Below, one piece after another: positions 15,329 through 28,784 of a DNA stretch of 64,000 nucleotides; position 1 is the stretch's first letter, and every line of letters starts with the position of its first letter. A model generated the notes under the pieces. It was not told the DNA's origin. It worked only from the letters and a program-made list of their open reading frames with translations, and did no database searches. The translations under genes and the position numbers were made by a program. The stretch comes from Eledone cirrhosa (lineage: Eukaryota): contig OZ024741.1 of NCBI GenBank assembly GCA_964016885.1, forward strand, positions 138,012,001 through 138,076,000. Reading direction: 5' to 3'.

Positions 15329-18300
15329 TTTTCTTTATTAAGCACAAGGGTTTACATAAAGTAGACATTAAGGACAGTACAGGACAAAACAGGACGGTAC
15401 AAATGGGCATTTCTGCGTGTAAAAAAACAGAGGATGTAATAAAATAACAAAGAAAAATTCCCCAATAGGGGGAGACTTCCGAGGGACATTTGTGGAGAAA
15501 GCCCATTAAAAGACCACAGTGACCCTGACCACCAGGGCAAGTGCCCTCTCCCAGTTTTCCCACCTTAATTTACAGACACATACTCAGAGTAGGCCCATTC
15601 ACTCGGTCCATACTTGCTTCTCTCACCCATTTTTCAACAATATGCTGGGAAGTGAGCACTTCCCTCTCTACCCTGATTTTCCTTTTCAAATGAAATTTTA
15701 AAAAGTTAATCAGGGCATCACCGAAGAGGTAAGTGCTCGTCTTCAGCCCTTTCAAACGTGTCCACCATACTATCTCTTTCGCCATGGCCACCAGAAAGAT
15801 AAAAACTGCCTGCACTTCCCGGCTAAAGGAAGAGGGCGGGGCAATCCTCACGATGGACTCAGCTGATAGCCGGATCCGTCCTACACGTGACAGCAGGTGT
15901 TCGACATGAACCCACAAGTCAGGAATGTTCGGACACTGGACGAGTGCGTGCAGGACGGTTTCGTCGCCCTGCGCGCATCTCGGACATGCCCGGCTGACGG
16001 CACCTCCATGCCTGTAGAGTTTATCCCGAACTGGCAAAGCTCCCCGGTAGCACTGCCAGGCCAGGGATTTCTGGAAGTTGTCCATAGGCCCCTGCCCGAA
16101 AGTCCTTCCGAAGAGATTGGCTAGTTGATTTTCGTCGACGCCTAGAGTTTCTCCAAGTACGTCGTCGCTCTTCCCCTCCACTAATCCTCTATAGAACGCC
16201 AAGGTGGAGTTTCCACCGATCATTGCCCGATTGGTCGAGGGCTGTGAGCGCCTGAAAACATACAAGTCTCCAAGCGCTCCATCTCGGTCTTCGCTTGACC
16301 CAGGACTGCAGCTCCGTCAAGGAGACGAGCTGGGGAAAGACGTGTCTAGCAAACGGCAACCACACCTGATCACCGTCGAGGAAGAGGTGGAGATGTCGTA
16401 GCCTGAGCGCGTGTCTGCGCATCATCAACCACGGCGTGTCCAGCCCTCCACGTAGCGGGTGTTGACAGCAGATAAACCGCCTGACCATTGGAGCGCGTCC
16501 CTTCCACAAAAAGCGAAAGAGCAAACGCTCCAGCGCAGTCAAGCGGGGCTTAGGACAAGGTACGACGGTCAGGCGGTAGTAGATGACGGATGCGATGTAC
16601 GCGTTAGCCACCTCCGCTCGACCTTTCAGGGATAGCTTCCTCTCCGCCCATTTCTGGGTGAGAGAAGCCACCCTGCTCGTCACCTCGTCCCAGTTTTTGT
16701 CCGTCTGGAGGTCCGGACCGAACCAGACCCCTAGCAATTTAACCGGTCCGTCCGTCCAGCGCCCGACGACGCTGTTGGACGGCATGGACCTGCCTCTCCA
16801 GGTGCCGAGCTGCAGGCCCACTGACTTTTCCTGGTTGATCATTGCTCCTGTCACCGCTTCGTATTCTCTTAGTGTAGTGCCGATCGTCTCGATGTGTTTG
16901 GCGTTCGACACCACTACGGTGACATCGTCCGCATATGCTGACACGGATCTTCCGCATCCTAGTTCGCGCGGGACCCCCTCAACGTGTCCAGTTTGTGCAG
17001 TAATGGCTCGAGAGTCAATACGTACAAGAGGGACGAGAGGGGACATCCTTGGCGGACCAGGCGCATGATGTTGAACGGTTCCGAAAGGTGACCGTTCACT
17101 CTCACCACAGAGCAGATGTCGCTGTGCATGGCAGCGATCCAGCCTCTGAAGACGGGCCGAAAGCCAGCCTCCCCCAGGACAGCCGCTAGGTAACGATGTT
17201 CGATCCTATCGAAGGCTTTCGACTGATCTAAATTGATCAAAGACCCACCCGTGCCAGGTTCCCAAGCTACCCTCTCTACGATGTATCGCATGAGGTGGAG
17301 GTTGTCGTAGATGGATCTGTCGGGAATGGCGCATGTCTGCGCCTCTCCCACCAGACCACCAACGACAAGAGCCAACCTCTTTGCTAGCACCTTGGCCAAA
17401 ATCTTGAACTCTGTGTTTAGCAGAGTTATGGGCCTAAAATTATCTATGTTATCCCCCTTGTTCGGATCCTTTCTCAGCAGCGCCACCGTTCCTCTGCTCA
17501 GAGAGCTGGGAATTCTCCCGTTCTTTTGCCAGCTGCATTAGACGTCAGCCAAGAGGCCTCCGAACAAGTCTGGAATTTGTACGTAAAGTTCATAGGGCAG
17601 ACCATCCAAACCAGGCGATTTACCCCTTGTGCAGCCAGTCATTTCCTCCCGTACTTCAGCGGCTGTTATCGGCTTTTCGCAACACTCCGCCTCAGTGGCC
17701 GAGAGCCGCGGCAGTCCGTCGAGGTAGACACTAAAGTCCATCCCTCGATCCGGCCCGCCGCTGCCCCCGAACAGTTGAGCGAAGTGTCGCTGAAAAGCTT
17801 CACACACATTTTTCCTGGATCGAGTAGCATGCGCCCGTCGTGGTCCACCAAAGACCGGATCGTGGCTTTGTTGCCACGACGCGCCTCCGCCACTCGGGCC
17901 CATTGAATGGCTTTTGTCCCCTCGTGTCTGAGAGCACGCACCCTAGCTCTGACAACGCAGCATTCGTGCTTTGCATTGAAGAATTGGTCAAGGGCCAATT
18001 TCGCCGCAAGTACGTCGGTGGCGATGCCTTTGCAAAGCGCCTCGTCTAATTTTCTAACTAATTCTCCCTCTGCTCTATTTTTCCCTATTGCTAAAGCCTT
18101 ACTAAACCTAATGGACTCTATTCTAATTGCTCTTTTCAGAGCAAACCACCACTTGTTGTTGACGATGGTCCCCGTCAACGCCCGCTTAACTAGTTCGCTA
18201 ATCCGGTCTCTGTAGGTCTTGCGCGCTGGTAAGGACGCGTTTAGCTTACAGTAGCCGGGTCCTCGTCTATGAAGCCTATCTAAGTCAAGCGCACAGATCA

Positions 18301-21155
18301 CGAATTTGTGGTCCGTGTAGCTGACTATCTTGAATTGTGGACAGCCTATGCTAGTCCTATCTATTCCACTACAAAGTACTCTATCTAGACATGATCTGGA
18401 TGACCCTATGCGATTTGTCCAAGTCCACATTGGTACATTCGGGAAATCCAATCGGTACCTGTCAGACAGTTCAAAACGCCTGAGCAGGTTGGTGAGACCC
18501 TTGCACCCTCCTCCCCTATCCACTAATCCCACACAATCCCAGCGTGCATCTAAAATCCCGTTCCAGTCGCCCAAGAACACTAAAGAGCGGGACGTTCCAA
18601 GAATGGTCTCCAGACGCCGGAAGAAATCAGGCCGCCCTGCTCCTGTCGGGGCATAGACGGCCACTAACCTGAAAGCTTGCCCGTCTCCGCTGGTCACGTC
18701 CAGTACCACCAACTTACCTTCTGGGTCCAGGAAGATGGCCCGTATGGCAAGATCCAAACCTCTCCGAAAAAGCACAACAACTCCACTCCCCGATCCAGGA
18801 CGGCTGGGAGATGCGTACACATCGTAGCCGCCGAAGATCGGTACAAAGGCCCGTGCTTCAGAGATTCTGGTCTCGCTGATGGCCACTACATCTATGTTTA
18901 GTGACCTGAGGTCGTTGAGCAGGTGGCCCTGCTTCCATGACGATACCAAGCCACGCGCCTATGCCAAGCCATGCTGCCTATTCTGAGTGAGGTCATGTTG
19001 AAATGGAGTGGAAAAGATGGGAAAGACCACTTACCTTACTTCTCGTAGAGGAAGGATGGTTTCTCCATCCTTTTCACTGCTTCTGGCCTCCTCAGGAAGG
19101 ATGTCCTTATAAATCCTCCTGGAGACTGCTTGTCGGAAGTCTCCGATGTCTTTGGGGAATTTTTGTTTTAGTGTCGTGTACATTTTCTGTGTGATGCGAG
19201 TGATTTGTATGTGTGGAGGTGGTGGGAATTTTGGGGTTGTTGTGTAGTCTTTTTCTGTGATGCTGGTGTTGTGTTGGATGTAGTGTAATAATTGGTTGTT
19301 GTTCAAATTTAATGCTGTGTAGTGTGTATCGTTTTGTTTGCGTTTGTTGTGGGTTTGTTTCTGTTTCGCATTTTGGTGACTTTTGTGGTGTAGGTGATGG
19401 TGGTGTTGGGGTTAATGATGGTGATGGTGTTGGTGTTTGGGGGTGATGGGGTTGGTGATGCTGGTGTGGATGGTGGCATATCTGTCCTAACTTTTTTGTT
19501 TGATAGTTTTTTTGTTTCCCTCTGTATTTTGTTTTTGGAGGGGGAGGGAAAACTCTTTTTCTTTTTTGGCTTCTTTTTCCTTTTTTCTTTTTTCCTGATA
19601 CCGTTTCCCACTCCTCGTCGTCACAATCTGTCTCCAGTTGCGATAGGTCGGGGAGTGAAAAATCCTCACAGGCGTTGGTTATGTTTGTGGCGTGGTGGAT
19701 AGTGTAGGCGCTGGTGTTAATTCTGGCGGGTTGGGTGGTGGTGGTGATGGTCTTGCTACTGTTGCTGGGGTTGTTGTTGTTACAGTTGATTCTGTTTTTG
19801 CCGCTACAGTTGTTGCTGCCATCTCTGCTGCTGGTAATGTTGATGATTGAGTCACTGTGGTGGGTAAGAGAGGTGGCCTCAACCTTTTAGCCTGAGGGCA
19901 GAAAACCCTTAGGTGGGTTCCTTCACCACAAACGCCACACCTAGGCCTTCTGCCCTCGCCGATTACGGTGAGGTGGCTGCCGTCAGTGAGTACTATTACC
20001 TCTGGGACCTCCTCAATGCTTTTTGGTCCGCTTGGATCAGGAGCTCCATCCCAGATCCGGACGAGTTCTCCTGCTTTTCTTTCGCTATTTCGATTATCTT
20101 GGTGTTGGCTTCGATGCCGGCGAGGACGGCAGCTATTAGCCAGGGAATTTCGATGGCCAGTAGAACGTGGGTCACCCTGATCTTCACGAGTCTCTGGCCA
20201 CAATAGATCGTGACGAGTGTGAAGTCGTCACTTCTTAATGGGGCCATGGAGTGTTCTCTGGCCTCCTGTGGTGTTTCAAAGAACACGTCCACGGTTCCAT
20301 ATTTCTGCCCACGTCTGATGTGGGGTTTTTTTGCTCACACATGTCCCAAAGCTTTTTGGATTTGGGACTCGGATGCCCGTTCCATTCGGCGCGATTTTGT
20401 GCTAATCGTCCGATAAGACACGGTGTATATGTGCCGATGGTTCATTTTATTAGGTGGGGCGGGGGGGGGGGGGTCTGACCCTGTACCCATCTTTCTTTAC
20501 CATTTTTTTGGCTTCTTCTAATTCCTCCCGAGTTACCTGGAATGCTTCGCACTGTTTTGCTACTCCACTCGGGTGGTTTTCTTAATTTCATTGTTGCTGT
20601 TATCGTTATATTTGTTATTGTTAATTTTTGTTTCAGTTGTGGTGGTGGTGGCGTCAGTGGTGTTCGGTGTAGAAGAATTCATTTTGGTTGGATTCATTTC
20701 GATATCACGAGTTAATTTATTATTTTCTTTTGTTTCTGTTGTCGCTGTGGTGGTGGTGGGGGTGGCGGCTTTAACACCTGCAGTCATTGGTAATGGTAAG
20801 AAATGAATGTCTGCCTGAGACAAATTAAAAATATTGCTACTGCTTACAATTCCAGTGTTGGCAAACGTAGCAATGTTTACAATGGTGGTGTCGGTGTGAG
20901 GTGTTGGATTGTGAGGAAGGAGTGATTCTGAGTCATCCATTATTTTTCAAAGAAAAAATGTTTGTTTGATAATTATAAAAATTTTAAATTTTGGGCTCAA
21001 GGCCCCAATCTTTTTGAGTGTCCTTTTTAGAAAACAATGTATGTGCACTTATATACATTTAACAATAAAGTTTTTCCATAAATGGCAATTTAAACAACTG
21101 AAAATAACAAACCGTTACGGAGCTCACGATAATACGATTTACTAAGTAGGTCGCC
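15328..21155 (-). mobile_element. L1/Tx1-clade LINE, near full length (ORF1 + APE endonuclease/RT/zf ORF2), frameshifted
   Basis: ORF1 pieces 19031-20940 with CGVCGEGTHLRVFC. EN 17666-18949 (ISET, VYAP, LGDWN, LDR, TDH). RT KSPGLDGLP, NFRPITLLN, LDQSKAFDRI, RQGCPLS, AYADD. C-terminal CPRC..ETVLHALVQC. (AAT)n flanks at 15292-15327 and 21156-21190. Confidence 0.93.
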
Positions 21156-21190
<35 letters not shown>

Positions 21191-21191
<1 letters not shown>

Positions 21192-23812
21192 TGAGTCCCT
21201 ACTGAATGGGACACTAAAAAACATAGACACTAAAAATAGACTGGAAATAAACTAGGAGGAAAAAGCTAAATATTATCATAGAGAAACTGAAGCAACGCAT
21301 TGTAGCAAATAGTGCAAAAATTAGGCGATACAAGAGCAGAGTCAGTCAGTATAGACAGAACCGCATGTTTGATAACAACCAGAAGATGCTGTTTGGACAG
21401 CTTGAAGGGAAAGAAAGAAGCAACGACTTGATCCCTGAGGCGGAACAAACTAAGACATTCTGGAGAGGAATATGGGAGCAGTGTGGATTGAGACAGTACA
21501 AAAGGAGATTAGTGAACAGGCACACCAACAAACTGATTTGAGTATCACAGTTGAAACTCTTAAGAGGCAGGCCAAAAAACTAACCAACTGGAAATCACCA
21601 GGCCCAGATGGTGTTCAGGGGTATTGGATTAAAAATATAACATCCCTCCACCCGAAACTGACAACCATGTTCAATGAGTGCTTGATGTCAGGTGAGGTAC
21701 CAGAGTGGTTGACAAAAGGTACCACAGTTCTGGTAATGAAAGACCGAATCAAGGGTAAGGATGTTACCAACTATAGACCTATCACATGTCTGTCCGTAAT
21801 GTGGAAACTGTTATCAAGCATTATGTCTGAGGAAATCTACCATCACCTCCACACAAACAACTTGTTACCGGACGAACAGAAAGGATGCCGAAAGAAGTCC
21901 CATGGTACAAAGGACCAGTTACTTATTGATAAGATGGTAATGAGGAATTGCAAGAGGAGACACACTGGTCTTGCCATGGGATGAATAGACTACAAAAAGG
22001 CATTTGACATGGTGCCTCGTTCTTGGATCACCAAAAGCCTAGAGATTTTCAAGGTGGCAGATAACATCAGACAGTTGTTGGGCAAAAGTATGAAGTCCTG
22101 GAAAACAGAGTTAACATCAGCTGGAGAATCCTTGGGAGGCGTAAAGATCAAGAGAGGTATCTTCCAGGGAGATAGTTTGTCCCCTATGTTGTTTGTCCTT
22201 TCCCTGATGCCCATGACCATTGTACTGCGAAAAGTGAGAGCAGGATACAAGTTGGGAAATGGAGAGCTTACCATCAATCACCTCCTCTTCATGGACGATC
22301 TTAAGCTATTCGCGAAGAGTTAGAAGGAGTTGGATGTGATTGTTGACACTGTCCGTATTTTCAGCAATGATATATGTATGCAATTTGGTATTAGTAAGTG
22401 CGGAGTCCTTGTGATGAAGAGGGGTAAATTGAGCAGAAGCAACGGGATACAGGTACCAACAGGTGAGATGATAAAGGAAATTGACACTGAAGAAGGATGA
22501 AAGTCTTTGGGTGTTCTGGAGGCTAATGACATCAAGAACTAAAAAATGAAGGAATTGATAAGATCTGAATACATTCGGAGAGTAAGGAGCGTATTAAAGT
22601 CACATCTGAACAGTAGGGATGCCATAAGTGCAGTAAATTCCCGAGCTGTGTCTATTATTAGGTACAGTGCGGGAATTTTGAGATGGAATGTTGCTGAACA
22701 AAAAGAAATGGATAGGAAGATTAGGAAGCTATTGACTATCTACAACATGTTCCACAAGAGGAGTGATGTCGATAGACTCTACTTAAGGAGATCTGAAGGT
22801 GGAAGAGGTCTTATCAGCATAGAGGACTGTGTTCAGATGGAGAAAAAACAACCTACACAAATACGTGACCGATAATAAGGAGCCAATGCTCAGAATTGTA
22901 CTGAAGGAGAGGACAATAGAGCAGAGGATGTCCAGGGAGGAAATAACAACGAGGAGAAAGAGCAACCTTCATGAAAAATCCCTTCATAGTACCTTCTTTG
23001 AGAAGACGGAATTCAGAGATCCACAGACATGGAACTGTTTGAAAAGAGGAGACCTTAAAAAGGCTACGGAAGGAATGCTAATGGCTGCGCAAGAGCAGGC
23101 CCTCAAAACGAAGTGGCTGAAACACCATATTTACAAGGAAGAGGCTAGCCCACTGTGCATGATCTGTGGAGAGAGAGAGAGAGAGAGAGGAGACTGTGGC
23201 TCACATTGTATCCGAGTGTAAACACCTAGCCCAGACTCACTATAAAGGCTGGAGATATGATGTGATGGGCAGGGTGATCCACTGGCACCTATGCAAAGTA
23301 AACAATTTACCACATTCTGAGAAGTGGTATGAGCATAAGCCAGAGTCGGTGATAGAAAACGATCAGGTGAAGGTGCTATGGGATTTTAGGATACAGACAG
23401 ACAAGAAACTGGAACACAATAGACCTGACCTGTTGGTTTTGGACAAGGAAAAAAGATCGTGCCTGATTGTGGATGTGGCCTGCCCATTCGACACGAGAGT
23501 GCAAGAGAAGGAGAGGGAAAAATTAACCGATACCAGGACTTAAAGAGGGAGGTAAAAAGGATTTGGAACTGCCATGAAGTCAAAGTGGTCCCGATTGTCA
23601 TAGGCGCACTAGGTACTATCTCAAAAAGTTTCCAGGGATGGTTAAAGAAAATTGGCCCCGCCCCGCTTTTTGGAACACTTCAAAAGGCATGCTGCTGGGA
23701 ACAGCAAGTACTCTCCGATACGTCCTGAATATCTGAGGCTGCAGGTAGTGGCTTGGTATTCATTTCAACAAACTTTCCAGTTAACTAACAGCAATGACTG
23801 AGACTCAAAGAA
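21191..23812 (+). mobile_element. R4/Dong-clade LINE, 5'-truncated, degenerate (family D2)
   Basis: WKSPGPDG, NYRPITCL, EQKGC, GIFQGDSLSP, LFMDDLKL, EGGRGL, ETVAHIVSEC, RPDLL..VDVACP RLE; in-frame stops. Confidence 0.92.
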
Positions 23813-23855
23813 TTATTTTATCGACTCCGTAATTATGAAAGGCAAAGTCAAACTC

Positions 23856-23890
<35 letters not shown>

Positions 23891-23891
<1 letters not shown>

Positions 23892-23998
23892 TGTTTCTAC
23901 TTTAGGCACAAGGCCAGCAATTACTCAGTAAGGATACTTTATTTTATCGACCCCGTAAAGATGAAAGGCTAAGTTAACCTCGGCGGGATTTGAACTCA
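23891..23998 (-). mobile_element. SINE S1, 5'-truncated
   Basis: Matches the S1 3' part through the B-box; between (TAA)n runs. Confidence 0.8.
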
Positions 23999-24044
23999 AT
24001 AATAATAATAATAGTGAACTCAAAATAATAATAATAATGATTAC

Positions 24045-24284
24045 TTACCGCAAATCCCAGGAAACCCGCGTATAGGAGAAATACAAAAGATAGTACTAAT
24101 GGGAACTGCCCATATACTAAGGAAGATTCTGTCAATATAAGTACATCACAAGTCTAAACACCCAAAGACGCATGTCTGTGTATGTATGTTCTTTCTTGAA
24201 CAAGGCGGACCTTGTTGTCTCTTGAGGTCACTGGTTGTGACTTGGTGATAACTCGTATGAACATAAAGCAATATTAATGCAGCT

Positions 24285-24285
<1 letters not shown>
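24045..24285 (+). mobile_element. 3'-end fragment of Dong family D1
   Basis: Reverse complement of ~1075-1315; followed by (TAA)n. Confidence 0.88.
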
Positions 24286-24327
<42 letters not shown>

Positions 24328-24329
<2 letters not shown>

Positions 24330-24450
24330 CTTGCTGGGAACAGCAAGAGCCCTCCGATACGTCCTGAATATCTGAGGCTGCAGGTAGCAGCTTGATGTTC
24401 ATTTCAACACACTTTCCAGTTAAATAACATCAATGACTGAGACTCAAAGA
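24328..24450 (+). mobile_element. 3'-end fragment of Dong family D2
   Basis: Near copy of 23690-23812; flanked by (TAA)n. Confidence 0.88.
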
Positions 24451-24469
24451 ATAATAATAATAATAATAA

Positions 24470-24648
24470 TTGTTTCTACTTTAGGCACAATGCCAGCAAT
24501 TACTCAGTGCATTACTGGTACTTTATTTTATCGACCCCGTAAGGATGAAAGGCAAAGTCAACTTCGGCGGGATTTGAACTCAGATCGTAAAGGGACGTAA
24601 ATATGCTGGAAAGCATGGCGTCCGACTCTCTACCGATACTGCCAATCC
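24470..24648 (-). mobile_element. SINE S1, full length
   Basis: Minus strand GGATTGGCAGTATCGGTAGAG..GAGTTCAAATCCCGCC..GTAGAAACAATTATT. Confidence 0.9.
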
Positions 24649-24654
24649 ATGCAT

Positions 24655-27245
24655 TAGGTAAGCCATCACAAGTCAGACACACTTTAAACTCCTACAAAAT
24701 CTGGAAAACTCGGAATCACGCTAGCAGACGTGATATGGATGGAAATTATTTGGCAAATGTAAGGGGGTATATCTTCAGAAATATAGACTCACAGACACTG
24801 AACGAACTGCGATCAAACAGGCTGTGGAGTATAACATAAATATAAATGATGCTGAAGAATCTCCTGGAGATAGTAACCAGTCACAAGTCTTTACTGAAAG
24901 ACCTCCATCTGACCAAATCATAAATAGGTTTGTAGAAATGAGAAGCCCTATTGAACCCGCTGAAAATAGCCAGGAGAAGGACTTAGAAACAGTAATTGAA
25001 AACAAAACATCTGCTGCAGAACACAGAGAGACTATGAAGGAATTAAAGCAAAAAATACTGAATGAGCTTGTAGTAGTAAGACATTCTAGTATAAATGATA
25101 GAGAACCACTTCCAAAACTCCCAAATACAATTCAAAATAGAAAACAAATAATGATTGGTTATTCTGTGATCATAGAAGAACCTGATCTTATTGAGTTAAA
25201 TGAAATCATTTATGCATCTGCTAGTGTAACTGAAACAAATTGTTTACCACAAAAACAAAAACAAACGTCGAACCTTTGAGGTAAACCAATTTGGACGAGT
25301 AGAATCGAAAAGGAGATTGACGTAATGAGAGGAGAACTATCTTTATTGAGTGAGTTAACCGCTGGAAATGATATAAGAGCCAAGAAGGTAAGAAAGCTAA
25401 AGAGAAAATATGGACTGTCTTCTAGAGAAGCAATAGTTTCAACAAAAGAATCTCTGAAACAAAAAGTCCAACTAAAAGCCCAACGAATTCGTAGATTCGA
25501 GAAGCGAAACAACTTCTACAGGCAAAATAAGTTGTTCTCATCCAATGCCAAGTTATTTTATAGAGAAGTAGGGAAGAAAAAAATGATTATTGAAGTCCAT
25601 AGAAGTTGAAAACTTCTGGAGTAAGATTTGGAGAAGATGAGAAGATGAGAAGACATATAATGCTAATGTAGATTGGATTAGTCGCCTGGAAAAATCCTAC
25701 ACAAATTTAGAAGAACAGGCGTGGGAAGACATCTCTATAGCGGACTTAAGGACATAACTCAATAAATCTGATAAATGGAAAGAGACAGGGTGCCAAATTT
25801 CTGGCTTTCCACACTCCCGTGCACTCACAATATATTGGTCAAGCTGATTAATGGAATTATGAAAGATCAAAAAAATACACCTGATTGGATAGCAAGTGGC
25901 ATTACCTACCTTCTACCAAAGAACAACGAAACCAAAGATCCAAAAACTATTGGCCCATAACCTGCTTGTCAAGCAGATGTGTATCGTCTTTACCTTCCTG
26001 GAAGTCAAGGAGGCCGTGGCCTGATCCAATTTGAACTTGCTTACAAGACCACCATCATTGGACTGGCCAAATACCTTAAAACAACTAACGACTGTATGCT
26101 GAAACTTGTTGAAAAGTATGAGAGTAGTAAGAAGATTCATTCTATCTTGAAGGAGAGCAAAACATATGCTACTGATCTCATGCTTGATACCCAGGCTGGA
26201 CAGATTAAAGAAGCTGTTGCAACTGATGCTGCTAGGCACATAAAATCACTGGCAAAAGCAAAAGGGCAAGGACAATTAGCATCAAATTGAGAGCAGAAAC
26301 ATCCTCATGGCAAATATGTGGCCCGTAGCAAACAAGCTGATGTTGACCAAAAGCACACCCATCAGTGGTTACGTAGTTCAGGGTAAAGAGGGAGAGTGAA
26401 GGATTCATCTTAGCTGCCCAAGATAAAAACTTATTGACTCGTAATTACCAAGCCAATGTGATGAGAAATGGAATAAACCCAAATTGCCGATTCTGCAATG
26501 CTGAGGTTGAAACAGTGGATCACTTAGTCTCTGGATGTAAAGTTTTAGCACCAGTAGAATAAAAATATAGACATGACAGAGTTGTCCAATATCTACACTG
26601 GGTAATATGTCGGCATTACAAAATCAAAGCTGAAGACAAGTGGTACAATCATCACCCTGAGGCTGTAACTGAAGGAGAAAAAGTAACAATTCTCTGGGAC
26701 TCTCCTGTACATATTGACAGGACCATAAAAGTAAATAGACCTGACACCATTGTAAAAGATCAACACAACAAGGTCTGTTTATTGATAGATATGAACATCC
26801 CATGTGATCAAAATATCGCGGCAAAAGAATTTGACAAGCTACGAAAATATAAAGATCTACTTATTGAAATTGAGAAAATGTGGCACCTCAAGGCCGTTAC
26901 AATACCGGTGATTGTGGGAGGACTGGGAATGATCAAGAAAGGAACAGAACAATATTTGCGAATGATTCCTGGTTTACCCTCTCTGCACGAGATGCAAAAC
27001 ATTGTTTTGACTGTTACTGCACACGTAATGAGAAGAGCACTATCTCTGTAAGATTGATATCCTTCCTTGTATTTACACATGCATATGCACATGTGTATAT
27101 ATGTATACTGTTTTATTTGTTTTTGTTTTTAAATTATAATTAATGTGCTGTATTAACTGGTCTACCAATGCACACTGTGAATTTATTTGCCATAGGTGTC
27201 AGGAAGACATTCGGCATATATCTCAGAAACAATAATGAAAGAAAA
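24655..27245 (+). mobile_element. R4/Dong-clade LINE with the RT core deleted (family D3)
   Basis: KAQRIRRFEKR, PNFW, GITYLLPK, then a jump at ~25975 to DVYRLYLP..GGRGL. AAQD, CRFC..ETVDHLVSGC, RPD..IDMNIP..KYKDL. Confidence 0.87.
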
Positions 27246-27262
27246 TAAAAATGATAATAATA

Positions 27263-27369
27263 ATTGTTTCTACATTTGGCACAAGGCCAGCAATTACCAA
27301 GTGCATTACTGGTACTTTATTTTATTGACCCCGTAAGGATGAAAGGCAACGTTAACCTCGACGGGATTT
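27263..27369 (-). mobile_element. SINE S1, 5'-truncated
   Basis: S1 core and 3' end. Confidence 0.8.
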
Positions 27370-27382
27370 AATAATAATAATA

Positions 27383-27812
27383 AGAGGGTATGCCTGCTAA
27401 TTGATATGTCCGTTCCAATAGACAAGAATGTATCTATAAAAACATTTGAAAAATTGAGCAAGTATAAGGACATGGAGATAGAAATTGGAAAAATGTGGAA
27501 ATTGAGAACTAAAACAATACCAGTGGTTGTAGGCGCTCTAGAAATGATACCTAAGGGGTCTAATGATTACTTATCGCAAATCACAGGAAACCCGCGTATA
27601 AAAGAAATATAAAAGATAGTACTAATGGGAACTGCCCATATACTAAGGAAGATTATGTCAATATAAGTACATCACAAGTCTAAACACCTAAAGATGCATG
27701 TGTCTGTATATATATTCTTTCTTGAACATGGCAGACCTTGTTGTCTCTTGAGGTCACTGGTTGTGACCTGGTCATAACTCGTATGAACATAAAGCAAGAT
27801 AAATGCAACTAC
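27383..27812 (+). mobile_element. 3' fragment of Dong family D1 (RLE tail + 3'UTR)
   Basis: ORF 27406-27612 is nearly identical to the C-terminus of 1215-1898. Confidence 0.9.
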
Positions 27813-27829
27813 AAATACTTATAATAATA

Positions 27830-28013
27830 ATTGTTTCTACTTGTGGCGCAAGGCCAGCAACTATGCCAGTGTATTAGTGGTACTTTATTTTATCGACCCC
27901 ATAAGGATGAAAGGCAAAGTTAACCTCAGAGGGATTTGAACTCAGACAATAAAGGGCTGTAACTCTTTGCTTGCTAAGCATGGCGCCTGACCCTCTACCG
28001 ATACTGCCAATCC
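27830..28013 (-). mobile_element. SINE S1, full length
   Basis: A/B boxes and core; TTATAATAATAATT duplicated on both sides. Confidence 0.85.
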
Positions 28014-28599
28014 AATATTTATAATAATAATTCAAGGACGATTTGTTCAGCCTTAATTTTGTTTATTGATTGGTGACGCGCATTTTGCTATTGATCAGTT
28101 CGTCGGACCTCTGCTGTAAACCAGAATGAACCTAGAGACGTGAACCTAAACGTCGAATACTCACCTGTGTGAACCTACATATATATATATATATATATGC
28201 GCGTGTGTGTGTGTGTGTCTGTGTGTGAATGCATATTAGTTAGGTGTGTAAATACAGTTTACAGTTACAGGCGGCGCGTCATTCGGGCCCCTCAGTACTG
28301 TTACACAGTCTGCCTCGTGCGGGTTGTGTTCCATTAGTGCGCATACTATATTACACAAGCGTTCGCATACACAGGCGCATAGTCCTTGCGCATAAATGTA
28401 TACACGGACACACATAAATAGTGTGTGTGTTTGGGTGTATGTCAGTTAGTGTGAAAAATAGGTGGGGCAGTGTAAACCTGGAGATTCTTTTATACTGTTT
28501 CTACATCACGATAACTGAATGATTTAGTGTTTATTATATATACCTTTTGCGTCTAATCGCTATTTTACGGGGTAAATATACACACAGGCATTCACATAA

Positions 28600-28663
28600 T
28601 ACACACACACACGCACACACACACACACATACACACACACACACACACAGACACACGCACGCG

Positions 28664-28716
<53 letters not shown>

Positions 28717-28782
28717 ACACACACACACACACATACACACACACACAGCATATCCCCTCATATATATATATATATATATATA
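28600..28782. repeat. (CA)n/(TA)n microsatellite
   Basis: Direct observation. Confidence 0.95.
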
Positions 28783-28784
28783 TC

